Positions 30,999 to 38,378 of a DNA stretch of 61,928 nucleotides are shown here, piece after piece. Every line of letters begins with the position of its first letter. Positions within the stretch are counted from its first letter, which is position 1. The stretch spans positions 1 through 61,928 of the forward strand of contig JBEKIR010000002.1 of assembly GCA_050011655.1 (NCBI GenBank). The letters are read 5' to 3'. The stretch is from Halobacteriota archaeon. GTDB taxonomy: Archaea; Halobacteriota; Bog-38; Methanoflorentales; Methanoflorentaceae. The translations under genes and the position numbers were made by a program. The notes below the pieces were generated by a model that saw nothing but the letters and a program-made list of their open reading frames with translations, made no database searches and was not told the origin of the DNA.

Positions 30999-31184
30999 AT
31001 GAATTGCGAAGAGATACTAGAGGATGTTGTAGCCTTCTGTAAGAAGGAGATCGAAGAGCTTGAGGATAAGACAAATGTTGATGACCCAACCGGTTATGAC
31101 AGTCGTAACACTCGCCGCGGGCTTCGAGACGCGTACGAGAACGTCATAGAGCGCATAGCAATAAAAAGGGCCGTGGAAAAATGA
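30999..31184 (+). CDS. hypothetical small protein (61 aa)
   Basis: ATG preceded by GGAGGA about 10 nt upstream. Acidic and helical-looking. Confidence 0.35.
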   Translation: MNCEEILEDVVAFCKKEIEELEDKTNVDDPTGYDSRNTRRGLRDAYENVIERIAIKRAVEK

Positions 31185-31448
31185 TCCACATCGATCGCGT
31201 TTACCGACATTGCCGAGGTGCACAACGGTCTGTATAGCCAAGAACGATGTTCTACGGCTCGACCCGTTCTTCTTATGGCCTGGGTTGCGGAATTGCTCTA
31301 ACGCAAAGACTGGAGTGACCCGTGTAGTCATAAGCGGCTTTGGTTTCGGAGCCTTAACTGTCCACTAGATTGCCCGATCGCGTGTTACAAAATCCAATTC
31401 TGATACGGGACTACGATAGCCTTAAGGAATCCGACGCATTTTGATCTG

Positions 31449-31883
31449 GTGATTAAAATACAAGAACGTGTTTTTGAGAACATCGGCGATGTTACCTTTT
31501 GTCTTGATGAGGTGCCTCACGCCGGTCGAGGTACGGTCACTTTCACGGTTAGGCAAGACGAGCTCTCGGCGTCGACCTTTGAAGAGCCACGTGCGAGGCT
31601 TTCCGGATTGGAAGACACTTACGGGGTAATTAGCCTCGATAGTCCGCGAAACCAGGAGCTGATCCACCAACTCAATGAGTATTTCATCGCCAAGCAACGT
31701 CTGACACTCAAAGGGGAGTTCAAAGACAGGCTCACCGGCACGGTAGCGGCGTGGATGCTCGAGGTGCAGCTGTCAAAAAGGAACTCTTCAAGCTTGCGTC
31801 AGGAAGGAACCACTACCTACGAGTTTGATTCGGCCCTCGCATCGAAGCACCTTACGGGCGCGCATGACGTTAAGCGATGCTAG
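31449..31883 (+). CDS. hypothetical protein (144 aa)
   Basis: GTG-initiated ORF. No recognisable domain. Confidence 0.3.
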   Translation: MIKIQERVFENIGDVTFCLDEVPHAGRGTVTFTVRQDELSASTFEEPRARLSGLEDTYGVISLDSPRNQELIHQLNEYFIAKQRLTLKGEFKDRLTGTVAAWMLEVQLSKRNSSSLRQEGTTTYEFDSALASKHLTGAHDVKRC

Positions 31884-32370
31884 CACGGTTCAAAAGTGTA
31901 CTAACGGCGTGGTCAAAGCTATATCTGGGTCACTAATCAGTGCCTTAGCTCTCTTTTTTTTGATGCCTCGGAGTACGTTACAAGAGGCTAGTTTTGAGGC
32001 TTTAACGCGCTTTTGTTACCCGAAAGCTCGTCCCTGTGTTAGGCACGGCGGGCTCGCAAGCAAAGGACACGCACGAGACGAGACGCGTGAATTCCAGACA
32101 GCACGCGACAACGGTAAGAGACAAAAACTCTTTTTAACTAAATGGAACGCGACAGCGCTAGTTTGCGATGATCCTAGGCGCTTTGCGTGCGAAGGTCCTG
32201 CTACACATTACGAGAGTGAGTAACCCTTTACCATGCGAGCGGACGAAGATTCGAGTAAAAGGTGCTCCATCGTGGGGTTGACGTGCGAGTTCTAAAGAGG
32301 TCAAAAACGCGATAAAATGTCCCTGTTGCAAGACCTGCACACAGCGAACGTCGCGATGCGCGCGGTGCGC

Positions 32371-32399
32371 ATAAAAAAGAAGCCAGGAGGCCCCTGGCT
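32371..32399 (-). terminator. hairpin plus T-run downstream of the fasciclin gene
   Basis: On the minus strand: agccagg-ggcct-cctggct followed by tcttttttat. Confidence 0.4.
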
Positions 32400-32410
32400 A
32401 CACTCGCGCC

Positions 32411-32890
32411 TTATTCAGGTGCAAGGACGGAATCAATAACGTGAATTACGCCATTAGTGCATTCAATATCCGCCTGAATGACTATGGCATCGTCCACCGT
32501 TAGCTCTTCAAATGCCGCAATTTCGTCGTCTTCGACCACGGCGTCATCTTCAACCACCACCGTGTCCTCCTCGATGACCTCTATCTCTGTTGCAATCGTC
32601 AGCGTCGCACCCTGAACGGTCTTTGCTGCCGTCATTTTCATCAGGTCGGTTGCCATGTATTTGCCGGGTACTACGTGGTAGTAAAGCACTGCAGTGAGCC
32701 TGTCTTTGTCTTTTAACAATTCGTCTAAGGTACCGGCAGGTAACTCGGCAAACGCGTCATCGTTCGGAGCAAAGAGCGTAAAGGGCCCAGGTCCGCTCAA
32801 GATATCGACCAGACCGGCTGCCTCCTTCACTGCTGATACCAGCATTGTGAAGGAACTATCATCGATTGCTGTCTCTACAATGTTCTTCAT
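32411..32890 (-). CDS. fasciclin (FAS1) domain protein
   Basis: [23 protein letters not shown] ... [10 protein letters not shown] ... [13 protein letters not shown] are the FAS1 H1/YH/H2 motifs. An acidic insert ([20 protein letters not shown]) is present and there is no obvious signal peptide. Confidence 0.8.
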   Translation of the reverse strand: MKNIVETAIDDSSFTMLVSAVKEAAGLVDILSGPGPFTLFAPNDDAFAELPAGTLDELLKDKDRLTAVLYYHVVPGKYMATDLMKMTAAKTVQGATLTIATEIEVIEEDTVVVEDDAVVEDDEIAAFEELTVDDAIVIQADIECTNGVIHVIDSVLAPE

Positions 32891-33288
32891 ATTTCCTTAC
32901 TTCCATTTTCACAAGCGCAATTGGTAGAATGCATCGTGTGCATCCGCGTGCTGCTAAAGATCCTCTATCTCCATTTAAGCTTACGCTATTGAAAGCAAAT
33001 GGTCTTGGAATTCGAGGCCGCAAAGCGAAGCAGCAGCTGTGTATGAAGGGTTTCGAGCGATTTTGTGGGCATCATTGAGGCGTTTCCGATTACGGGTCTA
33101 ACGGAATGATAGCTACAGCAGAACATTTTGGTCTTCTGTTGACGGCGTGTTATGAATAGCGTGGGTTTTTTTTACCTGAAAGTGGCCAACGAACATAGGA
33201 CGAGCTAAGTAGTGCACGTGAGGCTCAAAACGGAAGAAAAAACACAATCAAACACGCGCGAATCATCAACAAAAAAAGTGAGGGTGGT

Positions 33289-33448
33289 CTCTATAGGATA
33301 TGTGAATCGCGAAAGTGATCCCTCCCAAAGGTGCGTTTGAGAGCCAAGGCGGATTCGCCCGATGCTTCAGAGCAGAGGTTTCTCTGCCCCGAAAGCTCTA
33401 CTCCAAAAGCCATTGGAAGTTACCTTTTCCTCCACACATCCTATAGAG
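33289..33448 (+). ncRNA. candidate structured RNA domain, unclassified
   Basis: The closing helix ctctataggat/atcctatagag (11 bp) plus gtg/cac encloses hairpins AUCGC-GAAA-GUGAU, GGCG-GAUU-CGCC and GCAGAG-GUUU-CUCUGC. No convincing ORF. Strand guessed from the GNRA loops. Confidence 0.25.
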
Positions 33449-33978
33449 CGTAGTTTATTATACGCGCCTCTTCGATTTATACCTTTCACGAGAAGCGAGC
33501 GCAATGCACGGGGGGCCAGAAAATCCGTACTAGGAAAAGAGCGCATTCGCTTTTGATCTCTATAAAGACTAGCGGCCGGGGGTTCTTCACAACCAAACTC
33601 CAAAAACGCCTATCTTGCATGAAAATGCAAGCTCGGTTCATTTCTCGGGTGCAAAGATGCCCCCATTGGGAAGGGTACAGCCGGGAACATGAGTGCCATC
33701 CAGCAACTGTGCGGCGCAAGCAGGATTCTCCTGCGCACTATCGTGGTTTAGAACAGTTGACGGCGTGCGCTTTGGCTCCGGCTCCGAAAACTACGGGTTA
33801 GCGTGTCAAATGCATCCAAGCGAGCAATTGCATACCGCGGAACTATTTCAGTCTATTGGCTCTAAGGGATATTTTGGCAATTTTGGCTGCAATCAAAGCC
33901 TTCGAATTTGGACTATTTTGGGTTGAGACCAAGGGAAGAAACGCTTAAAGCGTAACCCCTCATTATAACGTTTTGAGC

Positions 33979-34131
33979 ATGGGTCTACTCAACTCAGTAA
34001 TCCTGTTGATAGCTTTTGTCTTCCTAATATTCACATTCCCGCCTGGAGCACTCCTCGTAGTCGTGGTGTGGGTGTATTTGCAGTTTATACGAAAGCGTCC
34101 GGCCGTGAGCACGAAGGAAGAAAAGCGATAG
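33979..34131 (+). CDS. possible small membrane protein (50 aa)
   Basis: MGLLNSVILLIAFVFLIFTFPPGALLVVVVWVYLQFIRKRPAVSTKEEKR has two hydrophobic stretches and a basic tail. Below the ORF-track size cutoff. Confidence 0.3.
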   Translation: MGLLNSVILLIAFVFLIFTFPPGALLVVVVWVYLQFIRKRPAVSTKEEKR

Positions 34132-34440
34132 CACTCAGCGCTATCTCATTACACAAGTAGCCCATATTCTTCAGTATTGGTTGATAACACCAGTGAGCGG
34201 AGTCCGCTCACAGTCGTTGGAAATCGCAGAAAAACGGCAGCTCCATGAAAATTATATATTATAGGCGGAATAAAAACTAGTGTAGAGTCTTGTTGCCAGC
34301 GCTTGATGCGGGAGTGACAAACTCGTTTGCAGCAAACGGGTTTTGCAAACCCAATTGCCGGTCACTGCAAAGCAAGCAAAAAATCCAGAGCGTAAGCCTT
34401 AAATCTAGTGTGTTCTATCTGCAGTGGCAGTGAGGATAAG

Positions 34441-34587
34441 ATGATCGAGATTGATACCGTAGTACAAGAAACCGCATACTGCGAACGGTGCGGCAGTCCA
34501 ATTATTATCAAGACGTGGTTTGCTAAATTGTGTCACGAGTGCTCGCGTGCTGAGTTTAAGGAGCACTTCGAATCGTTCGCATCGTGA
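34441..34587 (+). CDS. possible small zinc-ribbon protein (48 aa)
   Basis: MIEIDTVVQETAYCERCGSPIIIKTWFAKLCHECSRAEF... has CxxC...CxxC. GTGAGGA lies just upstream of the ATG. Below the ORF-track cutoff. Confidence 0.35.
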   Translation: MIEIDTVVQETAYCERCGSPIIIKTWFAKLCHECSRAEFKEHFESFAS

Positions 34588-34736
34588 TCAAGCCGAATAA
34601 GCAGCCTGTTTTTTGTTCTCCCTCCGTTAGCCTTGGCGATAGTCGGCGCGCTACCTTTGCGCTTCAAACGTCTTCAGTTGCGTGAAAAACGGCAACAAGC
34701 CTTTTAAATCGCAGCGTCGTGCTTCACTCGGTGAAT

Positions 34737-35117
34737 ATGAAAGATACAGAACTGATCAACGAATGCAAAGCGACCGGGCGCGCGCTCAACTACGAAGTCC
34801 AGTCTGCCGTCGACATCGGAGCGGGCGAAATCGACGTCATCTGGACCAGAAAAGACCACGCAAATCTCCCGACGTTCAAGCTCGGATTTTTCTTCTGTCC
34901 CACGGGAGGCGAGGTCCCCACGGACTTCCTCACGCAGAGCGTCGCAAAGGCGCTGCTGTCGGTGTGTGACAAGGCGATCTTCCTCGTGCACGATGACGCC
35001 TCATTGAAATCGGTGAAGGGCAAGATTCACGCGCTCGACGCAATCGGTGGCGTGCTGCAGCTCAAGAAATATGCCCACGCGATTACCTCAGATGAGCTGC
35101 TCGGAGGGATTAGGTAA
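34737..35117 (+). CDS. hypothetical protein, first gene of an apparent two-gene unit with the bactofilin-like gene
   Basis: ATG 34737 lies about 27-30 nt downstream of ttttaaat (34703-34710), consistent with a leaderless transcript. No confident domain. Confidence 0.45.
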   Translation: MKDTELINECKATGRALNYEVQSAVDIGAGEIDVIWTRKDHANLPTFKLGFFFCPTGGEVPTDFLTQSVAKALLSVCDKAIFLVHDDASLKSVKGKIHALDAIGGVLQLKKYAHAITSDELLGGIR

Positions 35118-35128
35118 GAGGTGAGAAA

Positions 35129-35572
35129 ATGCGTATAGAACGCGGCAAACAACTAAATCTCAAGGAGCTTAACGAAGATCTGTACTTGGAAGCGAACACC
35201 CAGCTGTACCCTACAGACAAGGATGCAACGATCAACGTCTACGGCATTTTGACGACTGAGAACAACGTCGTAATCAACGGCTCGATTGAGTGCTCTGAAG
35301 CTTTTTTCGGCGATAACTGTCACGTCAAGGGAACGGTAATTACCGGCGGGATCAAGACAGGAAGCGGATTCAGGGCGCATCACGTTGAAGCGGGAGAACA
35401 AGCTGATATCGGCAGCGACTCACAAGTCAACAAGATCGACGCGGTTGGCGACGTGACGATCGGCAGTAATTCGCGCGTTCGGCACGCGATCAGCGAGCGT
35501 GGCTACATTATTCTCGCTGCAGGCGCGGTTGCAGACGTCGCAGAGGCGGCTCAAGGCACAAAAACAGCGTAG
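35129..35572 (+). CDS. bactofilin-like (DUF583) beta-helix protein
   Basis: Repetitive V/I-x-G pattern: VVINGSIECSEAFFGDNCHVKGTVITGGIKTGSGF...IGSDSQVNKIDAVGDVTIGSNSRV. GAGGTGA SD lies 4 nt upstream of the ATG and 12 nt after the previous stop. Confidence 0.55.
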   Translation: MRIERGKQLNLKELNEDLYLEANTQLYPTDKDATINVYGILTTENNVVINGSIECSEAFFGDNCHVKGTVITGGIKTGSGFRAHHVEAGEQADIGSDSQVNKIDAVGDVTIGSNSRVRHAISERGYIILAAGAVADVAEAAQGTKTA

Positions 35573-35578
35573 CTCTAA

Positions 35579-36340
35579 TCAGAGAAAGATCTTCATCAGG
35601 TCGTGCGCGACGTCAACCCTTCCGGGGAACCTCTCCTTAATGACGTCGACCATGGCATCCTCATACCCGCTCGCGTGCGGGTAGAGATGGGTAAGTACGA
35701 TGCGGTCGATGTGTTGGTCACATATGAGGTCGCGCAGCTTAGCTGGAGTCGTGTGGTTCGAGACCGACGCGTACGTATCAGGGAACGAACACTCGTGGAT
35801 TAGCACGTCAACTTCGCCGTGGCACAGATCGCGGACGCTTTCCGTGGGTTCGGTATCACCTGAATACACGAGCGTCGACGTCGGGGTTTGCATCCGGTAC
35901 GCGATGGACGGAACGCTGTGCTTGGTCGCGCGAACGGAAGCCACTCCGCTTCCGACGCGAATGCTGTCGCCGTCCTGAAGCTCTGTTACGTCGACATCGA
36001 CCGTGAGATAGTCGTAAAGCTCGAGCAACTGCGCTACGTGGTGTTGCGTGCCCACGGGGCCATACACGTTCATCGTCCCTACCTGCGCGTCTGAATCGAG
36101 GGCGGTCAGTTGCTGCGCCTTGAGCAGTGCCAAGAAGTCAGAGTTGTGATCGAGGTGGTGGTGGGTGAAAAAAACTTTGTGTATCTTGCAATAATCGTAG
36201 CCGCTCTGCACGATGCGGCCCAGGATGCCCGCCCCGCAATCAAAGAGCATCAGTTCTTCCGGGGTCTTAACGAGAATGCCTGACTGAGCTTTTTCGAGCT
36301 GTGGAATGGCGACGCCCGTCCCGAGGAGTACAATGTTCAT
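35579..36340 (-). CDS. MBL-fold metallo-hydrolase (RNase Z/BN-like)
   Basis: LLGTG...LFDCGAG...VFFTHHHLDHNSD (HxHxDH) and the distal LIHECSF and H residues. Confidence 0.8.
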   Translation of the reverse strand: MNIVLLGTGVAIPQLEKAQSGILVKTPEELMLFDCGAGILGRIVQSGYDYCKIHKVFFTHHHLDHNSDFLALLKAQQLTALDSDAQVGTMNVYGPVGTQHHVAQLLELYDYLTVDVDVTELQDGDSIRVGSGVASVRATKHSVPSIAYRMQTPTSTLVYSGDTEPTESVRDLCHGEVDVLIHECSFPDTYASVSNHTTPAKLRDLICDQHIDRIVLTHLYPHASGYEDAMVDVIKERFPGRVDVAHDLMKIFL

Positions 36341-36385
36341 GCAAATCCGGTAGCTCTATAGAGGCTCCACCTACATAGCGTTTGC

Positions 36386-36859
36386 TTAGGGCTGACCGCA
36401 CAGACGGAGGGCCGTCTCAACGGCCGTCTCCGGCGAGTCGGCGAGAACCGTCCCCTCGATTTTCCACTTGGAGGCTAAGGTCACCACTGGTTTTGCCATC
36501 TGGAGGGCGAGGGCAATTTCCGAGAGTGTGCCAAATTCGCCGGCGATCGCGATGAGGCAGTCGGCTGCTCGCGCGATAATCGCATTTCGCGCGTGGCCCA
36601 TGTCCGTGGGAATCTTTACGTCGATGAAGGGATTAGCTTCAGTTTTCGAGGGACCTGGAAGAATTCCTACGGTGAGCCCCCCTACGGCCTGTGCGCCGCG
36701 TGCAGCGGCTTCCATGACTCCCTCCCTCCCCCCACAAATGAGGATCGCTTCGCGAGACGCTATGAGGCTTCCGGTGCGCTCGGCAATACTCGCGATCTTG
36801 CTCGAGCAGCTCCTGCTTCCGATAATGCCAATTTGCAGACGGCTCGTCATTCTCGACAT
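36386..36859 (-). CDS. TIGR00725/LOG-like Rossmann-fold protein
   Basis: IGIIGS....ILICGGREGVMEAAARGA...GLTVGILPG...IPTDMGHARN...IAIAGEFGTLSEI is the pattern of the LOG/YgdH-like family. Confidence 0.75.
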   Translation of the reverse strand: MSRMTSRLQIGIIGSRSCSSKIASIAERTGSLIASREAILICGGREGVMEAAARGAQAVGGLTVGILPGPSKTEANPFIDVKIPTDMGHARNAIIARAADCLIAIAGEFGTLSEIALALQMAKPVVTLASKWKIEGTVLADSPETAVETALRLCGQP

Positions 36860-36992
36860 CACCTTGAATGCACTAGCTTCCGATTGATGCACGATGAAGC
36901 TTTCCCCCTCTTGTGCATTCCAATCACAAATCTTATTTTGACTCTCAAATCCATTTTTATTGGAGAATATTACCTTAAAATCGAAAAAATAC

Positions 36993-37008
36993 CGAAAAAG
37001 TATATATA
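36993..37008 (+). promoter_or_regulatory. BRE/TATA-like promoter element of the histone gene
   Basis: cgaaaaag-tatatata centred about 40 nt upstream of ATG 37044, with GAGGT SD in between. Confidence 0.45.
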
Positions 37009-37043
37009 TGTTGAAAATCTCAGTATAGGGCGAGGTAATTCAA

Positions 37044-37256
37044 ATGGCAGAATTACAAGCAGCAGGAGTAAGTAGGATCATCCGAAAAGCTGGAGCAGAG
37101 CGCGTGAGCGCTGAAGCGACAGAACAGTTTAGAGAATATCTAGAGATGTACGGCAAAGAACTCGCCGAAGAAGCAATCGAAATGGCAAAGCACGCGGGCC
37201 GCAAGACGGTCAAAGCCGAAGACATAAAACTCGCCTTTACCAGGCTGAACCGGTAA
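37044..37256 (+). CDS. archaeal histone (HMf family)
   Basis: 70 aa. [49 protein letters not shown] is the histone fold with the RKTV loop. Confidence 0.9.
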   Translation: MAELQAAGVSRIIRKAGAERVSAEATEQFREYLEMYGKELAEEAIEMAKHAGRKTVKAEDIKLAFTRLNR

Positions 37257-37275
37257 TCTCAAGATTGTTTCTTTG

Positions 37276-37303
37276 ATAGCATCTCTTAGAAGCGAGATGC
37301 TAT
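37276..37303. terminator. perfect 10-bp hairpin between the convergent histone and small zinc-ribbon genes
   Basis: atagcatctc-ttagaagc-gagatgctat followed by tgcttattttttt. Confidence 0.4.
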
Positions 37304-37314
37304 TGCTTATTTTT

Positions 37315-37458
37315 TTATATTTTCTCTCTGATCTTAACGTCCAGTACGAGCCATTTTCCTGCGGTATGACAGCTCTGGCAGGTTAGCTTGTCGAGCTCGA
37401 TAAAATCGGTCCAGATCTCTGCGCCACAGACGCGACACCGGTAAAGATACGCTCTCAT
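37315..37458 (-). CDS. possible small zinc-ribbon protein (47 aa)
   Basis: MRAYLYRCRVCGAEIWTDFIELDKLTCQSCHTAGKW... has CxxC...CxxC. Below the ORF-track cutoff. Confidence 0.4.
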   Translation of the reverse strand: MRAYLYRCRVCGAEIWTDFIELDKLTCQSCHTAGKWLVLDVKIREKI

Positions 37459-37576
37459 GTCAGTACCTCGCGTGCGATCAACGATTGCTCTTTGCGCTCA
37501 GGACGTATTAAACCTTCTCACGTCGAGGTCCAGCCTGAATCAGTTTGCGTACAAGTCATTCCACCCCGTCGCCTGC

Positions 37577-38287
37577 TCATAGGGGCACCAATTCACCAGA
37601 ACGCATCTCGGATCGAAATTGCCTGGCCTTGATATGCGCCAAACGAAGCGGCTCCGGTAATCTGTGGCTCACTACGCAGCGCTGAACGATTCGCAATGCG
37701 CCCTGCAACGAAATACGGTTTCCTGGACTGATGAAGATCGGTTTTGTGCCGGCCACCGTTTTTAAGACGAACCCAAGCGGTTTTCCGCTGAATGTCAGCG
37801 CGGTGGGGTGGCCGGCTTGAGCCGGTTCAACATACTCACCGCAGAGTGCTTTTTTGGACACGCCAACCGTTGACGTATTGAGAATGACTCCGATGTGCGA
37901 CGCGAGTCCCGCAAACCGGGGGTGGTTTATGCCGCACCCGTGGACGATTAAAACGTCAGGTCGCCTGCGCAGCTTCTCTACTGTCGCTATCACCGCGGGA
38001 CCCTCACGGAAAAAGAGGAGACCAGGCACGTACGGCACGGCGGTCGTTGCAATCGACGCGGACTCGTCGATGACGTTCATTAGCGTGTCGACAACTACTG
38101 CTGAAGAAAAAACGAGGCTCTCGTCAAAGCTTTGCGCTACCGCCCCTATCGACGCAACTTCACTCGCGGGGTCCTCTAGAACTACCTGCTTCGCGATGTT
38201 TGTTTGAATCTGCCGTAAGGCGTTAAACTCACTCGCGTCTTTTACGGCCACGTCGGTTCGACCCCCCCAATACAACAACACGCGCAC
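37577..38287 (-). CDS. nfi: endonuclease V homologue with non-canonical active-site residues
   Basis: PYVPGLLFFREGP, GINHPRFAGLASHIG, VGVSKK and HRLPEP match EndoV. The usual GxDV(S/G)(F/Y) is AVAQSF and the usual (V/L)DGxG is VHGCG. Confidence 0.8.
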   Translation of the reverse strand: MRVLLYWGGRTDVAVKDASEFNALRQIQTNIAKQVVLEDPASEVASIGAVAQSFDESLVFSSAVVVDTLMNVIDESASIATTAVPYVPGLLFFREGPAVIATVEKLRRRPDVLIVHGCGINHPRFAGLASHIGVILNTSTVGVSKKALCGEYVEPAQAGHPTALTFSGKPLGFVLKTVAGTKPIFISPGNRISLQGALRIVQRCVVSHRLPEPLRLAHIKARQFRSEMRSGELVPL

Positions 38288-38378
38288 GCTTTTCCCACGG
38301 ATGATGCAAAAAAAAGCGCAAGCTACATTTGCCCGGTCAGCTCAAAAAAGTTCTCCCACAGATGCGTTGCGTGCTCGA

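Noticed and set aside
33285-33800. RNase P RNA or SRP (7S) RNA identity for the structured ORF-free region
   Set aside because: I could not find the conserved RNase P strands (GAGGAAAGUCC..., ...ACAGAA..CCGGCUUA) on either strand. I also could not find the SRP helix-8 GNAR loop with its AGCA/GGAA-type symmetric loop. Only loose resemblances are present (GGAAAAGAGCGCAU, CCAGAAAA, GGGAAGGGUACAGCC). The region is left unclassified.
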